This document shows positions 30,623 through 42,948 of a DNA stretch of 64,000 nucleotides, piece by piece. Source of the DNA: an uncultured Planctomycetota bacterium (GTDB taxonomy: Bacteria; Planctomycetota; Planctomycetia; Isosphaerales; Isosphaeraceae); assembly GCA_963845755.1 (NCBI GenBank), contig CAWJTV010000015.1, positions 96,001 to 160,000 of the forward strand, in the 5' to 3' direction. How positions within the stretch are numbered: the stretch's first letter is position 1; every line of letters starts with the position of its first letter. The notes below the pieces were generated by a model, which did no database searches, was not told the DNA's origin, and was given only the letters and a program-made list of their open reading frames with translations. A program made the translations under genes and the position numbers.

Positions 30623-33492
30623 ATGTCAGAATCATCGGCCGGTGTGTTGCAAGGGGCGAGGGCCTTGCTGGGAAGCGGCCGGCTCCTCAACATGACCTGT
30701 CTCTCGGTTCTCCTTGTCGCCTGTTACGGGGGAGTACTCTTTGGCGGCCGGCAGTTCGGGTTCCGGGACGCAGCGCATTTCTACTATCCCCTTTACTGGC
30801 GGGTGCAGCAGGAATGGTCGGCGGGGCGGCTACCGCTCTGGGAGCCGGGCGAGAACGGCGGGACTCCGCTGCTCGGAAGCCCGATGGCGGCGGTCCTCTA
30901 TCCCGGCAAGATCCTCTTCGCCCTGATGCCGTACGCCTGGGCGTTCCGGCTCTACACGATCGGGCACGTGGTGCTGGCCTTCGGGGCGATGGTGGTGCTA
31001 TTGCGGTCGTGGGGCGTGAGCGGGACCGGCTCCGCGATCGCCGGCCTGTCCTATGCGTTCGGCGGGGTCGTACTCTCGGACTACTTCAACATCATCTACC
31101 TGGTGGGAGCCGCGTGGCTGCCGCTGGGCTTCCGGGCCGCCGACCGATGGCTTCGGCTGGGCCTTCGGTCCGGCCTGGTGGAGCTGGCGGTGGTCCTGGC
31201 GATGCAGGTCCTGGGGGGCGACCCGGAAGCGGCTTACCTCACCGTGCTCTGCGCATTCGGTTATGCCCTGGGCCTGGCGAGGTCTCCGGGCGGTTCGCCA
31301 GCCCGGCCATGGAGGTGGGGGTTGATCCTGATCGGCGCGACTGCCGGATGGATCTGGGCGGGACCGAGGATCGTTCCGGGGATCCACCGCTCCGGTGGAG
31401 CGTGGGGTCAGGCGATCCTTACGGCGGTCTGGGGACTGGGGCTCGCCATCTACCTGGTAACCCGTCGCCGCGGTCGTCGGGCCCGAGTGTCGACGATGCT
31501 CCTGGGACTGGCGGCGTCTTGCACCCTGGCGCTGAGCTTGTCGGCGGTCCAGCTCCTGCCGGTCCTCGAGCACATCGCGGCGAGCGTCCGGTGGGAGGGG
31601 GCCGGACTGGAAGACCTCTATGATTCCAGCCTGCTGCCGTACCGGGTCGTCGAGTGGATCTGGCCGAATGTCTTCGGCACCTTCACGGCGGGAAACCATT
31701 ACTGGATGCCGTTGCTGCCTCCGGTTGGCGGAGCGCGGCCCTCGCCAATGTCCTTGTACTGCGGCGCCTTGCCGATCGTGCTGGCCCTCGGTGCGTCGGG
31801 ATTCCGCGCGGGCCCGCCGTGGCGGGCCTGGATGACCGCGGTCGCTCTCCTGAGTTTCTGGGCGGCCCTCGGCGAGTTCGCGGGCGTTGCGCGCTGGTCG
31901 GTCGTGCCGCCGTCTCCCACGACGGGCGACGATAGCTTCTACGGCCTGATCGCGGCGTTCCTGCCGGGCTTCCGGCTGTTCCGCCTGCCGTTCAAACTGC
32001 TGGCGCTCACGAGCCTGGCCGTGTCGTCGCTGGCCGGGCTCGGCTGGGACCGGATCGCGGCTGGTGTCGGTCGCCGTAAGGTCCTGGCCATCACGGTCGG
32101 GTTGCTCGTCATGACCGTGGTGGCGCTGGCAGCCACGACGGCACTTCAGGGCCGGATCGTCGCGGCGATCACGGCGCGAGAGGCGACCCACGGTGTCTAT
32201 GGTCCGCTCGATGCCTCCGCGGCGGTCGGCGAGATGTTGCGGGCATCGGTCCACGGGGCGATCGCGCTGTCGGCGAGCGTGATCGTCCTCGCCTGGGCCA
32301 GTCGCCGGATCACGCCGGCCGGAGTGGCCGCGTTGGCGATGTTGACGGCCGATCTCGCCATCGCCAATGCCCGGCTGGTGATCACGGTCCCTCAGGCCGA
32401 TTTCGAGCGCGAGCCCGAGATTGTCCGCGTCATCCGCGACGCCGAGCGTGCCGACCCGAGCCCGGGACCCTTTCGTGTCCAGCGACTGCCGTCATGGGTG
32501 CCGATCGGTTGGGGCGGAACCGGGTCGTCTCAACGGCTGCGCGCGCTGGTCAACTGGGAGATCGACACGCTCCAGCCGGGATTTGGTCTACTCCATGGGA
32601 TGAGTTACGCGTACGACGACCAGAGCCAGACCGGTCGCGCCGAGCTCAAGCAACTCTTCCGCCCGGCGTACCAGTTCGCCGATTCCGAGACTGCGGTCGT
32701 GCTCGGAGTGGAACCCGGCCGGCCGGTGCTCTTCCACCCGAGAGGGGCGTTTGATCTCTGGGGTGCCCGCTACTTCATCATCCCGGCCTATCCCGGCGAC
32801 TGGACGCGCGACAATCGCAGCTATGCCGCGTTCCTCGACCAGACCGACCTGATCTACCCCGATCCGTCGACGATGGCGAGCACGGACCAGATCGCGGATC
32901 GCCAGCATTGGCTCTTGAGCAAGGACGTGCAGGTCCGTCGAAACCGGATTGCCTATCCGCGCGCTGGGTCGTCCACCATGCCTGGCTTCTTCGCGACGGC
33001 GAGCTGATTCCCTCGATGGATTCGCCCGAACCCTTCTCCCGCGACATGATGATGGCGCGGCTTCGTGCGGCGGAGGATCTCGGGACAACCGCGTTCGTCG
33101 AGACGGACGATCTGACGGCAATGCGTCTTCATCTGAGCGACGGCGACGGCCCAGTCGGCTCGAACGAGTCCGTCACGGTGCGCAACGTCTCCTCGACGCA
33201 CGTGGTGATCGACGCCCGGCTCGAGCGGTCGGGGATCGTCGTCCTGGCCGATACGTTCGACGACGGGTGGCGACTCACGATCGACGGATTCCCCGCCCCG
33301 GTGTTGTGCGCCAACCTGCTGATGCGCGGCGCGGCCGTCACCGCGGGCTCGCATACGTTGGAGTATCGTTACGAGCCGACTTCGGTGCGGATCGGTGGGT
33401 ATGCCTCGATGGCCGGCCTGGCGGCCCTGGCCGGCCTGGCTTTTTGGGTTCATCGCAGGCCGATCGCTCCGGCCGTCCTGGGAGTCGGCTGA
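30623..33492 (+). CDS. YfhO-family polytopic membrane protein (GT-C-like); frameshift ~32965
   Basis: FRDAAHFYYP, GRLPLWEP.E.GG.P..G.P..AVLYP, many TM helices, AYPRAW, VVLADTF..GW..TIDG..A.V..ANL.MRG.AV.AG.H.LEYRY.P. Confidence 0.88.
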
Positions 33493-35482
33493 GTGAGAGC
33501 GGGGATGGGCGACTCTTGATCGAGATGACGACGGAGACGCTCCAGCACGGCCTGCATCGCGTCGGACTGGATGAGGTTTCGCGATTCGCCCGGGTCCGCG
33601 AACTGCTGGTAGAGTTCCTCGGTTCCGTTCGACCTGGTTACGGATGTAGACGAAACCGTCCTCGGCCAGCGAGATCAGTGGGCCTCGGCGCGCAGGCGAC
33701 CGGCCCTGATTTGGATCGTAGGGGTTGGGCTTGGACAGTTCGGAGATCACCTCGTCGCCGCTGGAATGGTTCGACGGGTCGGAAGGCTCCCGCCAGAACC
33801 GCGCCAGCGAACGGCCCGGGAACGGCGATTCGTCGCGCAGTCCGACGAGGTCGACGATCGTGGCCGGCAGGTCGCGCAGACTTACCGTATTCGGCACGTG
33901 CCCCGTCATCCGCGAATTCGACGGCATCATGATCAAGAGCGGCACGCGGATCTCCGGCCGATAGAGGCTCTCACCGTGGTTGAACAGGCCGTGCTCGCCC
34001 AGTCCTTCGCCGTGATCCGATGTCAGGATCACCAACGTGTCGTCGAGCACGCCGCTGCGCAGCAGATGCTCAAGCAGTTCGCCCAGGCGCTCGTCCAGGT
34101 AGGCCACGCAATTGTCGTAGGAGTCTCGAGCGAGCTCCCGATACGCGGGAGGCAACGTCAGCTTGTCCATCGATTCCCAGTACTCGCCCAGGAAGATGAA
34201 ATCGTCGGCGCTGACGGGGTTTACGCCCGAATCGGTAGTTCATCCCGACCGGAAGCACATAGGGTGCGTGGGCGTCGTAGTAGTTGAGAAACGCGAAGAA
34301 AGGGCGGTCGGGCTGGCGCCTTCGTGAGAGCCATTCCGCGAACGCGACGTTGATCGATCGCGCATCCTTCCGCAATTCCCGCAGGAAGAGGGACGAGATC
34401 CAGGACTGCTGGAGTGGGCGGAAGGGACCGATGTCGAGTTTGCGGCCGACCAGAGCGCCGACCTCGAAGATGCCTTGAAGGCAGTGGTTGACCAACCAGG
34501 CTGTCCGCAAGGGCAGCAGGGAGTCGAGGAGATAATCCTCGAAGTGCGTGAATCCGCGGCTCAAGCCCGTATCATGGGAACAGTATGTGGTGTTGCCGGC
34601 AAATCCGGCCGTCGCATAACCGTGTGATCCGAGATACTCGGCCAGCGTGGGATAACTCTTGTCGAGCGGCGTCAGCCATCTCACGCCGAGCTCGTGAGGC
34701 CAACGGCCCGTGAACATGGTCGCGTGCGACGGAAGGGTCCAGGACGCAGCGGAGCGAGCCTCATCGAAACGTACGGCCGCCCCCGCGACCTTCTCGAGCA
34801 CCGGAGAGGTGTGGCGGCCATACCCGTAAAGGCTCAGATGATCGGCCCGCACTGTGTCGAGTGTGATCATCAGGACATTCGGCGGCCGGCCGGGCGGTAA
34901 GGCGCGACCACTCTCGCGACGCTCCGCCAGCCAGTCGCCCCCGAATACCATGCCGGCGAGGATCAGGACCAGGCCCAACAATCCCGGAAAGCTCAGGAGC
35001 AGGCCGCGGCGCAAGCCGGTCATCCGCCGTTCCAGGAATCGGACCACCTGAAGCGCCGCTCCCAGGGCGAGGGCCGACCAGGCGATCAGGTAGATCTGGG
35101 GGCCCAGGACCGCCAGCACGGGCAGGATCGCCAGGAAGACGACGAGCCGAGGCCCGATCCATTGGCCAGACCGGGGCCGGACCTTCGCCAGGACGGCCAG
35201 GAGTACGCCGATGAACGCGAAGAGCGCCAGGTCCGACAGCGGGGTCAGCCAGACGAAGTGACGGCTCATCAGGTAAAGCCGGTGCTCGGGAAAGAGGGTC
35301 TTGGCAACGGTCCGAGCCCCGACCTCGATCAGGCCGCTGGCCAATCCACACCAGGCGGAGAAGATCAGAAGGTCGATCGGGCCGAGCCTCGGTGCGCTCG
35401 GCGAGGCGGGACCAGGCGAGGATCCCGAGATGTCACCGCCAGCCTTCGTCATTCCGCTCACGTTCAAGTTTCTCGTCTCCAT
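33450..35482 (-). CDS. Membrane-anchored sulfatase-like (alkaline phosphatase superfamily) protein; two frameshifts
   Basis: About 5 N-terminal TM helices, PNVLMITLDTVRADHLSLYGY, SWTLPSHATMFTG, PFFAFLNYYDAH.PY, TSDHGE, RVPLLI. Confidence 0.9.
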
Positions 35483-35548
35483 GCTAATCCAGTCCGGGCA
35501 GGGACCGATCGCAGACCCCGCGATCACGGTGGGACAGTGGGGGTAAAG

Positions 35549-35592
35549 GATTGTAAATCTCGATTTAATGCAAGCATGAACACTTTACAATC
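35549..35592. promoter_or_regulatory. AT-rich inverted repeat GATTGTAAA-N26-TTTACAATC between divergent genes (possible operator)
   Basis: Perfect 9-bp inverted repeat, plus a nested TAAATC-TC-GATTTA palindrome. Confidence 0.4.
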
Positions 35593-36030
35593 ATTAACGA
35601 TATGGACGACCTCCCCGTGCGCATGCGCGTACCGGCGCCTCGATCGCTCAAGGCGGTCAAGCGAGCGACTTTGTTATTGAAGAGCGCCCGTAGTAGGTTG
35701 GAGCGCCCGGGCGCAGAACGAGCCCTACCCGCGGAACGCTGGTTCGCAGGTGAGGTTATCTAAAAGTCCGATCTGGTTAGTAAGCGACGAACCTGGCGAC
35801 CCTTGCCCCGGTTTCTTTCCGACGTCCGACGGGTTCTCGAGCCGTCCGAGATCCTGATGAAATGGGCGTGGAGTCTCGCGCCTGGTTGAGCCGGTCGCGT
35901 CGAAGGAGCCAGCTTTCATCGAGGCTGGACCCGACGGCGTGGATTGGATCATTCGCGGATCGACAGGTATGATCGGAGGGGGTGCGGTTGTGACAGTGGC
36001 CCGGCGAGGGCAACGACGACGGAGCGCGGG

Positions 36031-37670
36031 ATGTCGAAGGTCATGGGTCGATTGTGGGGACGATCGAAACGGTTGGTCCTGTCCTCGATGATCGTCGTAT
36101 TCTCGCTGTCCCTCTTCGCAGGATATCGCTGGCATCGCGGCCGGACCCATTCGGCCCTCCGCGCCGGCAGCGTGCCGGTTCTCGGTCGCTCCGCCATGAC
36201 GATCGTGCCGGGGATCCACATCCTCGGCGGCCTGGCGCCCTCGGCGGCGTACGTGATCGAAACTGCGGACGGGCTGATCCTCGTCGATTCGGGCCTCGAC
36301 GACGACGCCGGTCCGCTCAGGTCCCAGATGGCCGAGTTGGGGCTCGATTGGAAGGAGGTGCGCGCGATCTTATTAACGCACGCACACGGGGATCATACCG
36401 GGGGTGCCGAGTCGCTAAGATCGGCGACGGGAGCGAAGGTCTACGCCGGGGCAGGGGACGCCGAAGTGCTGCGGGCTGGTCAGCCGCGCGAGGCGTTCTT
36501 CAGCACCTTCTATATGCCCGATCACACGACCCACCCGACCACGGTGGATGTCGCGCTCGCAGGGGGCGAGACGATCGCCATGGGCGACGTCCGCATCGAG
36601 GCCATCGCCGCGCCGGGCCATACGCCGGGGAGCTTCTGCTACCTGCTGCATCGCGGCGGCCTCCGCGTGCTGTTCGCCGGGGACGTGATCATGATGCTCC
36701 GCGGCGATGAGACGCCCCGGACCCAATTGGGCATCTACTCGGCCTACCTGGCTCCACGCTATCGGGGCGACGCGAAAGATTCGCTCGCCGCACTCCGCGT
36801 GTTGCGGACGTTGCCGGTCCCCGACCTCGTGCTCCCCGGTCACCCCCGCGCCGAACGAGTCCTCCAGAGTCCTTGCCTGTCCCCGGCGGCGCTGGGAATC
36901 GATGCTGGATGGTGGTATTCGTGAGATGGAGACGCTCCTGGCCCGATACCAATCCGACGGCGCCGATTTCCTGGACGGGATTCCCAAGACTGTGTTACCG
37001 GACCTCGATTACCTGGGAGATTTCGGGGGTTCGGCCGTGTACGGATTCTTCGTCGCACCCCGGTTCTTCCTCGTGAATGCTCCGGGCGGGCCGGGACTGG
37101 TCGAGTTCGTGAATGGTCGTCTCCGTCAACTTCACCGAGAGGTGGCGTGTCCGACCGACGTTCTGCTCACGGCCTGTGGCACCGAGGAGACCGCCGGGCT
37201 CCCGGAATTGGTCGCGAAATGCCACCCGCAGGTCTTCGCCGCCCCTGGCGGCATCGACCGGCTCAGGGATTCGTTACCCGCCGGGACCGTGGTCCTCCCG
37301 GCCAGCGACCTGGCCGGCAAGGGATGGTTCCCCGTCGAGTTGATCGCGGTAGGCGGTCGCGGACAGGCGCCAGTCGCTTACCGGATCACCTGGGCCGGCA
37401 AGACCGTGCTGTTCTCCGGACGAATCCCCTCCAAGATCAACCAGGAGTCGGGCGGACGCCTGATCGCCGACCTCACCGGTCCCGCGGGCGACCTTCGCAC
37501 CTACTTTGAAAGCGTCACGCGCTTGTTCGCGGTCAAGCCAGACCTCTGGTTGCCCGCCGTTCCGGTTGAACGGCCAGAACGCCAACCTCTACCAGGGCGA
37601 GTGGCAGTTCGAGATCGAGGAGAACCTCAAGGTCATCAAGGTCATCATCTCGAGCCTGAAGAAACGATGA
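36031..37670 (+). CDS. Membrane-anchored metallo-beta-lactamase-fold hydrolase with a second degenerate MBL domain; two frameshifts
   Basis: LILVDSG, LLTHAHGDHTGG, PGHTPGS, LFAGD, LVLPGH; the second repeat has LLTACGTEETAG and LFSGR in place of the metal ligands. Confidence 0.88.
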
Positions 37671-38098
37671 CGTCTTCCCTCGACCGGTATCCGGTTCAAA
37701 CCGAGGCACCGAGGCTCCTCAAGACGCATCGGAATGTGACTGGTCTCAAAAAAAGGAAGCCGATCGCGGATTCCGAGGCCAACGGCCCGATTCTTGCCGC
37801 CTAATTACTAAGCTATTGGGGCTCTCAGGAAGAGAGTGCGCGAAAAACCAGGCTCCGGAGAAGCGGCTCTTGCCCTAAGTATCCTCGAACTCAGTTGATA
37901 CGCCAATTCGGCGGCCTTCCTTACGTCGATGAGCCCACTTCGATCCATCGAAGTGTCCGGTCGATTCTGCGCTCATCGCGCAACCCGCTCGCTTGTTAGC
38001 AAACCAGTATAAACTCATTTGTACAGTTTGCGACATGTACGATCGAACATCAGGACCGGTCCAGGAAAACCCTCGGGCTCGTCGATCGAGGATGAACG

Positions 38099-40504
38099 AT
38101 GCGAAAAACGGTGCGAGTTCTGCTCGTCGGCTTTTTCTGCGCCGGGGCGGCGGCCTGTGCGGTCATGTTCCTCCTCAACCCCCATTTGATGAGTGGGGTC
38201 TGGGCCGATCGGGCGGTGCCGAGCCCTACGCGGGTCCAGAAGGGCGGAGGCGAGGACGCTCCGAGACGTGTCACGGGACAGGATCAGTCCCCATCGGGCC
38301 GGATGGCCACCTACGACATCATCCTGGACAAGTTCGAGGACGGCGGCTACGAGACCGCCGTCAAGTTCATGCCGCCGATCCGCGATCCCCGGTCACTCCA
38401 GGAACTGCGGGAGGCGGTCCGGGCTCGGGGACGGACGGGGATTTCCACGCTCAAGGCGCAGCTACGAGAAACTGAATCTCGATTCGCCGCCGACGCGAAA
38501 GCAAATCCTGGAAAGGGTCTCGCTCCAGCAGTCGATCGGCTTCCTCTATATGTACGAAGGAAAATTCCGGGAGGCGGCGGATTGGTTGGAGAAGGCGCTC
38601 GAGTCCAGCAAGTACCCGAGCGTGCCGGCGACGACGCGGACCCGGCTGCTGGCCGTGCTCGGGATCATCGCGATGCGCCGGGGTGAGATCGAGAACTGCC
38701 TGGAGTGCCTCGGGCCGTCGAGCTGCATCGTCCCGATCGCCAGCGACGCCGTGCATCGGAATCCGTCGGGCTCGCGCGAGGCGGTGAAGTGGTTCCTCGC
38801 GTATTTGAAGGAGATGCCGCGGGACCTTCGGGTCATCTGGTTGCTGAACATCGCCTACATGACGCTGGGTGAACACCCTCAGAAAGTCCCGCCCGAGTAC
38901 CAGCTCCCGGCCGATTTGTTCCGGACCAAGGGAGAGGTCGGCCGATTCGAAAACGTGGCCGCGATCGTCGGCCTGACGTCGCGCGGCCCCAACGAGGCCG
39001 GCGGAAGTGTTTTCGACGACTTCAACGGCGACGAGTTGCCCGACCTGTTCACGACGTCGCTCGACGCCGATCTCGGGGCCTCGCTCTTTCTCAATCGGGG
39101 CGACGGTACCTTCGAGGACCGGTCTGCGTCGGCGGGACTGGGCGACCAGATCTACGCCTTGAACGTCCGAGGCGCCGACTTCGATAACGACGGCGACCTG
39201 GACGTGCTGCTCCTGCGCGGCGGCTGGGAGCGGCCCTTGCGGCTTTCGCTATTGCGAAATCGCGGGGACGGCCGCTTCGATGATGTGACCGCGGCCGCCG
39301 GACTCTCGGAGCCCATCGCCACGGAGTCGGCCGCCTGGGGCGATTATGACGACGACGGCCTCGCTGATCTGTTTGTCTGCGGCGAGTACCTGTCTCCCGG
39401 CGGCAGCCCCGGTTCGGGCCGACAGGATCCGCGCAACCGGTGCCGGCTCTACCACAACCGCGGCGACGGCACGTTTGTGAACGTCGCCGCCGCGGTGGGC
39501 GTCGTCGACGAGCGGTGCGCCAAGGGGTCGGCGTGGGGCGACTATGACGGCGACGGCAGGCTCGACCTGTTCGTCTCGAATATGGGCCAGCCGTGCCGGC
39601 TCTACCGGAACGCGCGGATGGCACCTTCGAAGACGTCGCGCCGAAGCTCGGCGTCACCGGCACCGATTACAGCTTCGCCTGCTGGTTCTGGGATTACGAC
39701 AACGACGGACACCTCGACATCTACGTCAACGACTACCGGGCTCGGCTCGCCGAGGTGCTGGCCAGCGCCATGGGCGTGAAGATCCGGGGGTCCAGCCGCC
39801 CCCGGCTCTATCGCAACCTCGGCACGGATGGCTTTCGCGACGTCACCGTCGAGATGGGACTCGACCGGGCCATGGCGCCGATGGGCTGCAACTTCGGCGA
39901 CGTCGACAATGACGGCTACCTGGATCTCTACCTCGGGACCGGTGATATGTCCTACGAGGGCCTGGACGTCAAACTGATGTTCCGCAACATCGAGGGCCAG
40001 GGCTTCGAGGATGTGACCATCGCCTCGGGGACGGGCCACCTCCAGAAGGGACACGGGGTCTCGTTCGCCGACTGGGACTGTGACGGTGACCTCGACCTGT
40101 TCGTCGAGCTGGGCGGTGGCACACCCGGCGACCAGGCCTACAATGCCCTCTTTCAGAATCCCGGCACCGATCGCCACTGGCTGAAGGTCAGGCTGATCGG
40201 GACCAAGACCAACCGCTCGGCCTTGGGTGCGAGGATCCGGGCCGACGTCAAGTCGGCCACCGGCCAGGTGCGATCGATCTACCGGACCATCGGCAATAAC
40301 TCCAGCTTCGGGGGCAACGCGCTGGTCGAGACGATCGGCCTGCAGGACGCCATGCAGGTGGCGGCCCTGACGATTTCCTGGCCGACTAGCCGGACGATCC
40401 AGACATTCCACGACCTCCCCGCCGATCAGTTCATCGAGATCGCCGAGGGCGAATCGGAGTGGAAGGTCCTCCGCCAGAAACAGTTGATACCGCCCAATCC
40501 GTGA
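38099..40504 (+). CDS. CRTAC1-family protein (TM, TPR/Cys-motif, FG-GAP repeats, ASPIC/UnbV), paralog 1; two frameshifts
   Basis: RRGEIENCLECLGPSSCI, WLLNIAYMTLGE.P, many DxDxDGxxDL repeats, GTGHLQKGHGVSFADWD.DGD.D, NRSALGARI, GNNSSFGGN. Confidence 0.9.
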
Positions 40505-40811
40505 CGCGTGTGCGCAATGACCCAAGCCGCCTCAGGGTCCAGATCCCTGGGGTGTGCCGCACGAGTCTGGGCTTTGATAAGCACGCCCTCGGCGCAGGAG
40601 GCGTGACAGATTATGTGGCTGCCGCCGGTTGATTGGTGTGATATCAGGGTGGCAGGGTTCCGTTTCAGGCGGCCTGATTAACGCACACCCAAAAGCTAAA
40701 TCGCCAAGTCCCGCAACATCTCAAGACGGATCTCATCGACACCTGTATGCCTCCAATCAGGTATCTAAGAGTACGAAAGTGTTAAGAGATATTGACTCGG
40801 CTCTTTTTTTG

Positions 40812-40841
40812 TTGACAGCAGATCGAAGCGGTGTATAGAGT
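40812..40841 (+). promoter_or_regulatory. Putative sigma-70 promoter upstream of the lipoprotein-DUF1559 operon
   Basis: TTGACA at 40812 with TATAGA (16-bp spacer) or TAGAGT (18-bp spacer), preceded by a T tract. Confidence 0.55.
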
Positions 40842-41241
40842 TGGGATGCTCTACAGTTTCTAGATAAGTCGTGACCGTATTCGATACAAGCCGATACCTG
40901 ATCGGCATCGATTGTTTTCCGTGGGCTCTCATTGCGAGTGAGCAGCCTGGTGGGGATAACGAGCGTGCCTTTCTGTCGCTGAAAGGATTGAGAGGTTCCC
41001 GGCCTGCGACGGTTTCGATGGGGCGGGAGGTTTGTCGTTCCTCTGAATCGTCCCCATCGGACTGAAATCGCGGGCCGAGCTGACGAGTTGCGTGACTCCT
41101 CTCGAATCACGAGCGACCGAGGCGCGATCGTCGGGGCGAGCGGCTTCGGCCCCACGATCCGGGAGGCGCGAGGCAAGGGCAAGAGTTTGTGATTCCGTTT
41201 TCGCTGTTCATAAGTTAAGGTCTTCAACAGGAGGGGTTCTC

Positions 41242-41487
41242 GTGAATTCGTTCACTCGCGGGTTGGGGTTGGCTCTGGTAGTCGCGGGCATGCTGGGAGT
41301 GACGGGTTGCTCGACAGACAACGAGTCGGAAGCGGCCCGAGCCAAGCCTCTGGGGGATGCGGGCGTCGTCAAGACGGATCCCAATGCGACCAAGAATGAG
41401 GCGCCGAAGAGTCAGAAGGAATGGATGGAGCGAAAGGGCGATCCTTACAAGGCCGCAGGCTATCCCGGTACGACCAAGTCGAAGTGA
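41242..41487 (+). CDS. Small lipoprotein (DUF1559 partner)
   Basis: RBS AGGAGG, GTG start, lipobox LGVTGC. Confidence 0.8.
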   Translation: MNSFTRGLGLALVVAGMLGVTGCSTDNESEAARAKPLGDAGVVKTDPNATKNEAPKSQKEWMERKGDPYKAAGYPGTTKSK

Positions 41488-41605
41488 TCCTAATGTCTCG
41501 CCGCACGGTCGAAATCCGTCTTTACCGTTTCCGTTTCGCGTTCTCTTACAAGCACATCATACCGATGTGCGCATTCATTTTCGTTGGTTTTCAGGGGGTC
41601 CATCC

Positions 41606-42750
41606 ATGAGTCGTAGACTTCGAGGATTCACGCTGATCGAATTGCTCGTCGTCATCGCGATCATCGCGGTGCTCATCGCACTGCTCCTTCCGGCCGTACA
41701 GGCGGCCCGCGAGGCCGCCCGCCGGGCGCAGTGCACCAATAATCTCAAGCAAATCGGCCTGGCCATGGCCAACTATGTCAGTGCGTACACCAACGTACCG
41801 CCGAACTCGGTCAACGCGTTCTGGGTTCCACCGACCACCAACACCCAGGTCATGCCGCACCAGAACTGGTCGCAGCTTGCCCGGCTGCTCCCGTACCTGG
41901 AACAGCAAACGGCCTACAATGCAATCAACTGGTCCTTCGGCGCCCGCTGGAGCGATGGAGACAGTGTGTACACCGACGGCGGTAATGATATCAATGCCGC
42001 CCTAGGGGCCGATGCGGAACCTCAGGTCACGGTCCTGACGATGCAAATCCAGACCTTCCTGTGCCCCTCGGACACGATGAATCCCGGTGCGTCGGGACTC
42101 GTCAATCTCAACGGAACGGCGCGGCTGATCGGGTCCTTCAACTACCCGTCAAACGTCGGGCTGAACCGGTATGTCAACTCTCCGACCTGGCAAGCGAATG
42201 GTCCCGGCTACGTCATCACCAACTGGGATACGATCCTTATCCAGCGACAGGTCAGCATCAACACCTTCACGGATGGGACGAGCAACACGGCCATCTTCTC
42301 CGAATGGGTCAAGGGACCGGGCACGTCAACGGTATCCCGGCCCACTCTGGGCATGATCTACAATATCGGTGTCGCTTCCGCGCCACCGACGACCGACCAG
42401 CAATTCGCGTTGATCTGTGCGGCCGTCAAGCCGCTCCCAACGAACCAAACCGGTACCTGCCGGGCTGCCAGAGCTGGGGCTGGAAGGGTGAGTGGTGGGC
42501 CTTCGGCGGAACCTCGATCTATTCGCACACGGCCATGCCCGGTCGCTACCCCTGCGACTATTCCGACCAGCGCGAGGACGGCCGAGGTACGATCACACTG
42601 GTCAACGCCACCTCGAACCACCCTGGCGGGCAGAATGTGCTCTTCATGGACGGCTCGGTCCGGTTCATCAAGACTTCGGTCAACATCATCGCGTGGCAGG
42701 CCATCGGCACCACGAACAACAACGAAGTCGTGAGCATGGATGCGCTTTGA
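41606..42750 (+). CDS. DUF1559 domain protein; frameshift ~42455
   Basis: [81 protein letters not shown]. Confidence 0.95.
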
Positions 42751-42948
42751 GCTAAGGATTCGCTCGTCGGGATTACTTGGCGTTTGATCACGGGGACACG
42801 ACCTTCGGCGATTGCCGGGAGGGCGTGTCCCCTCATCCATTCATGGCATTCGGTAGGAGCCCGAGAATCCACTCGCTGGCGCGTCGGCCTTGTAGGAACG
42901 GATTTCACCAATCTCGGGCCATGAGCCACGCTCTTTTGTGCGACCGCG

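Noticed and set aside
41060..41125. Hammerhead ribozyme suggested by GAAA and CTGACGA
   Set aside because: Only about 12 nt separate GAAA from CTGACGA, too few for stems I and III, and no GAAA follows the downstream stem.
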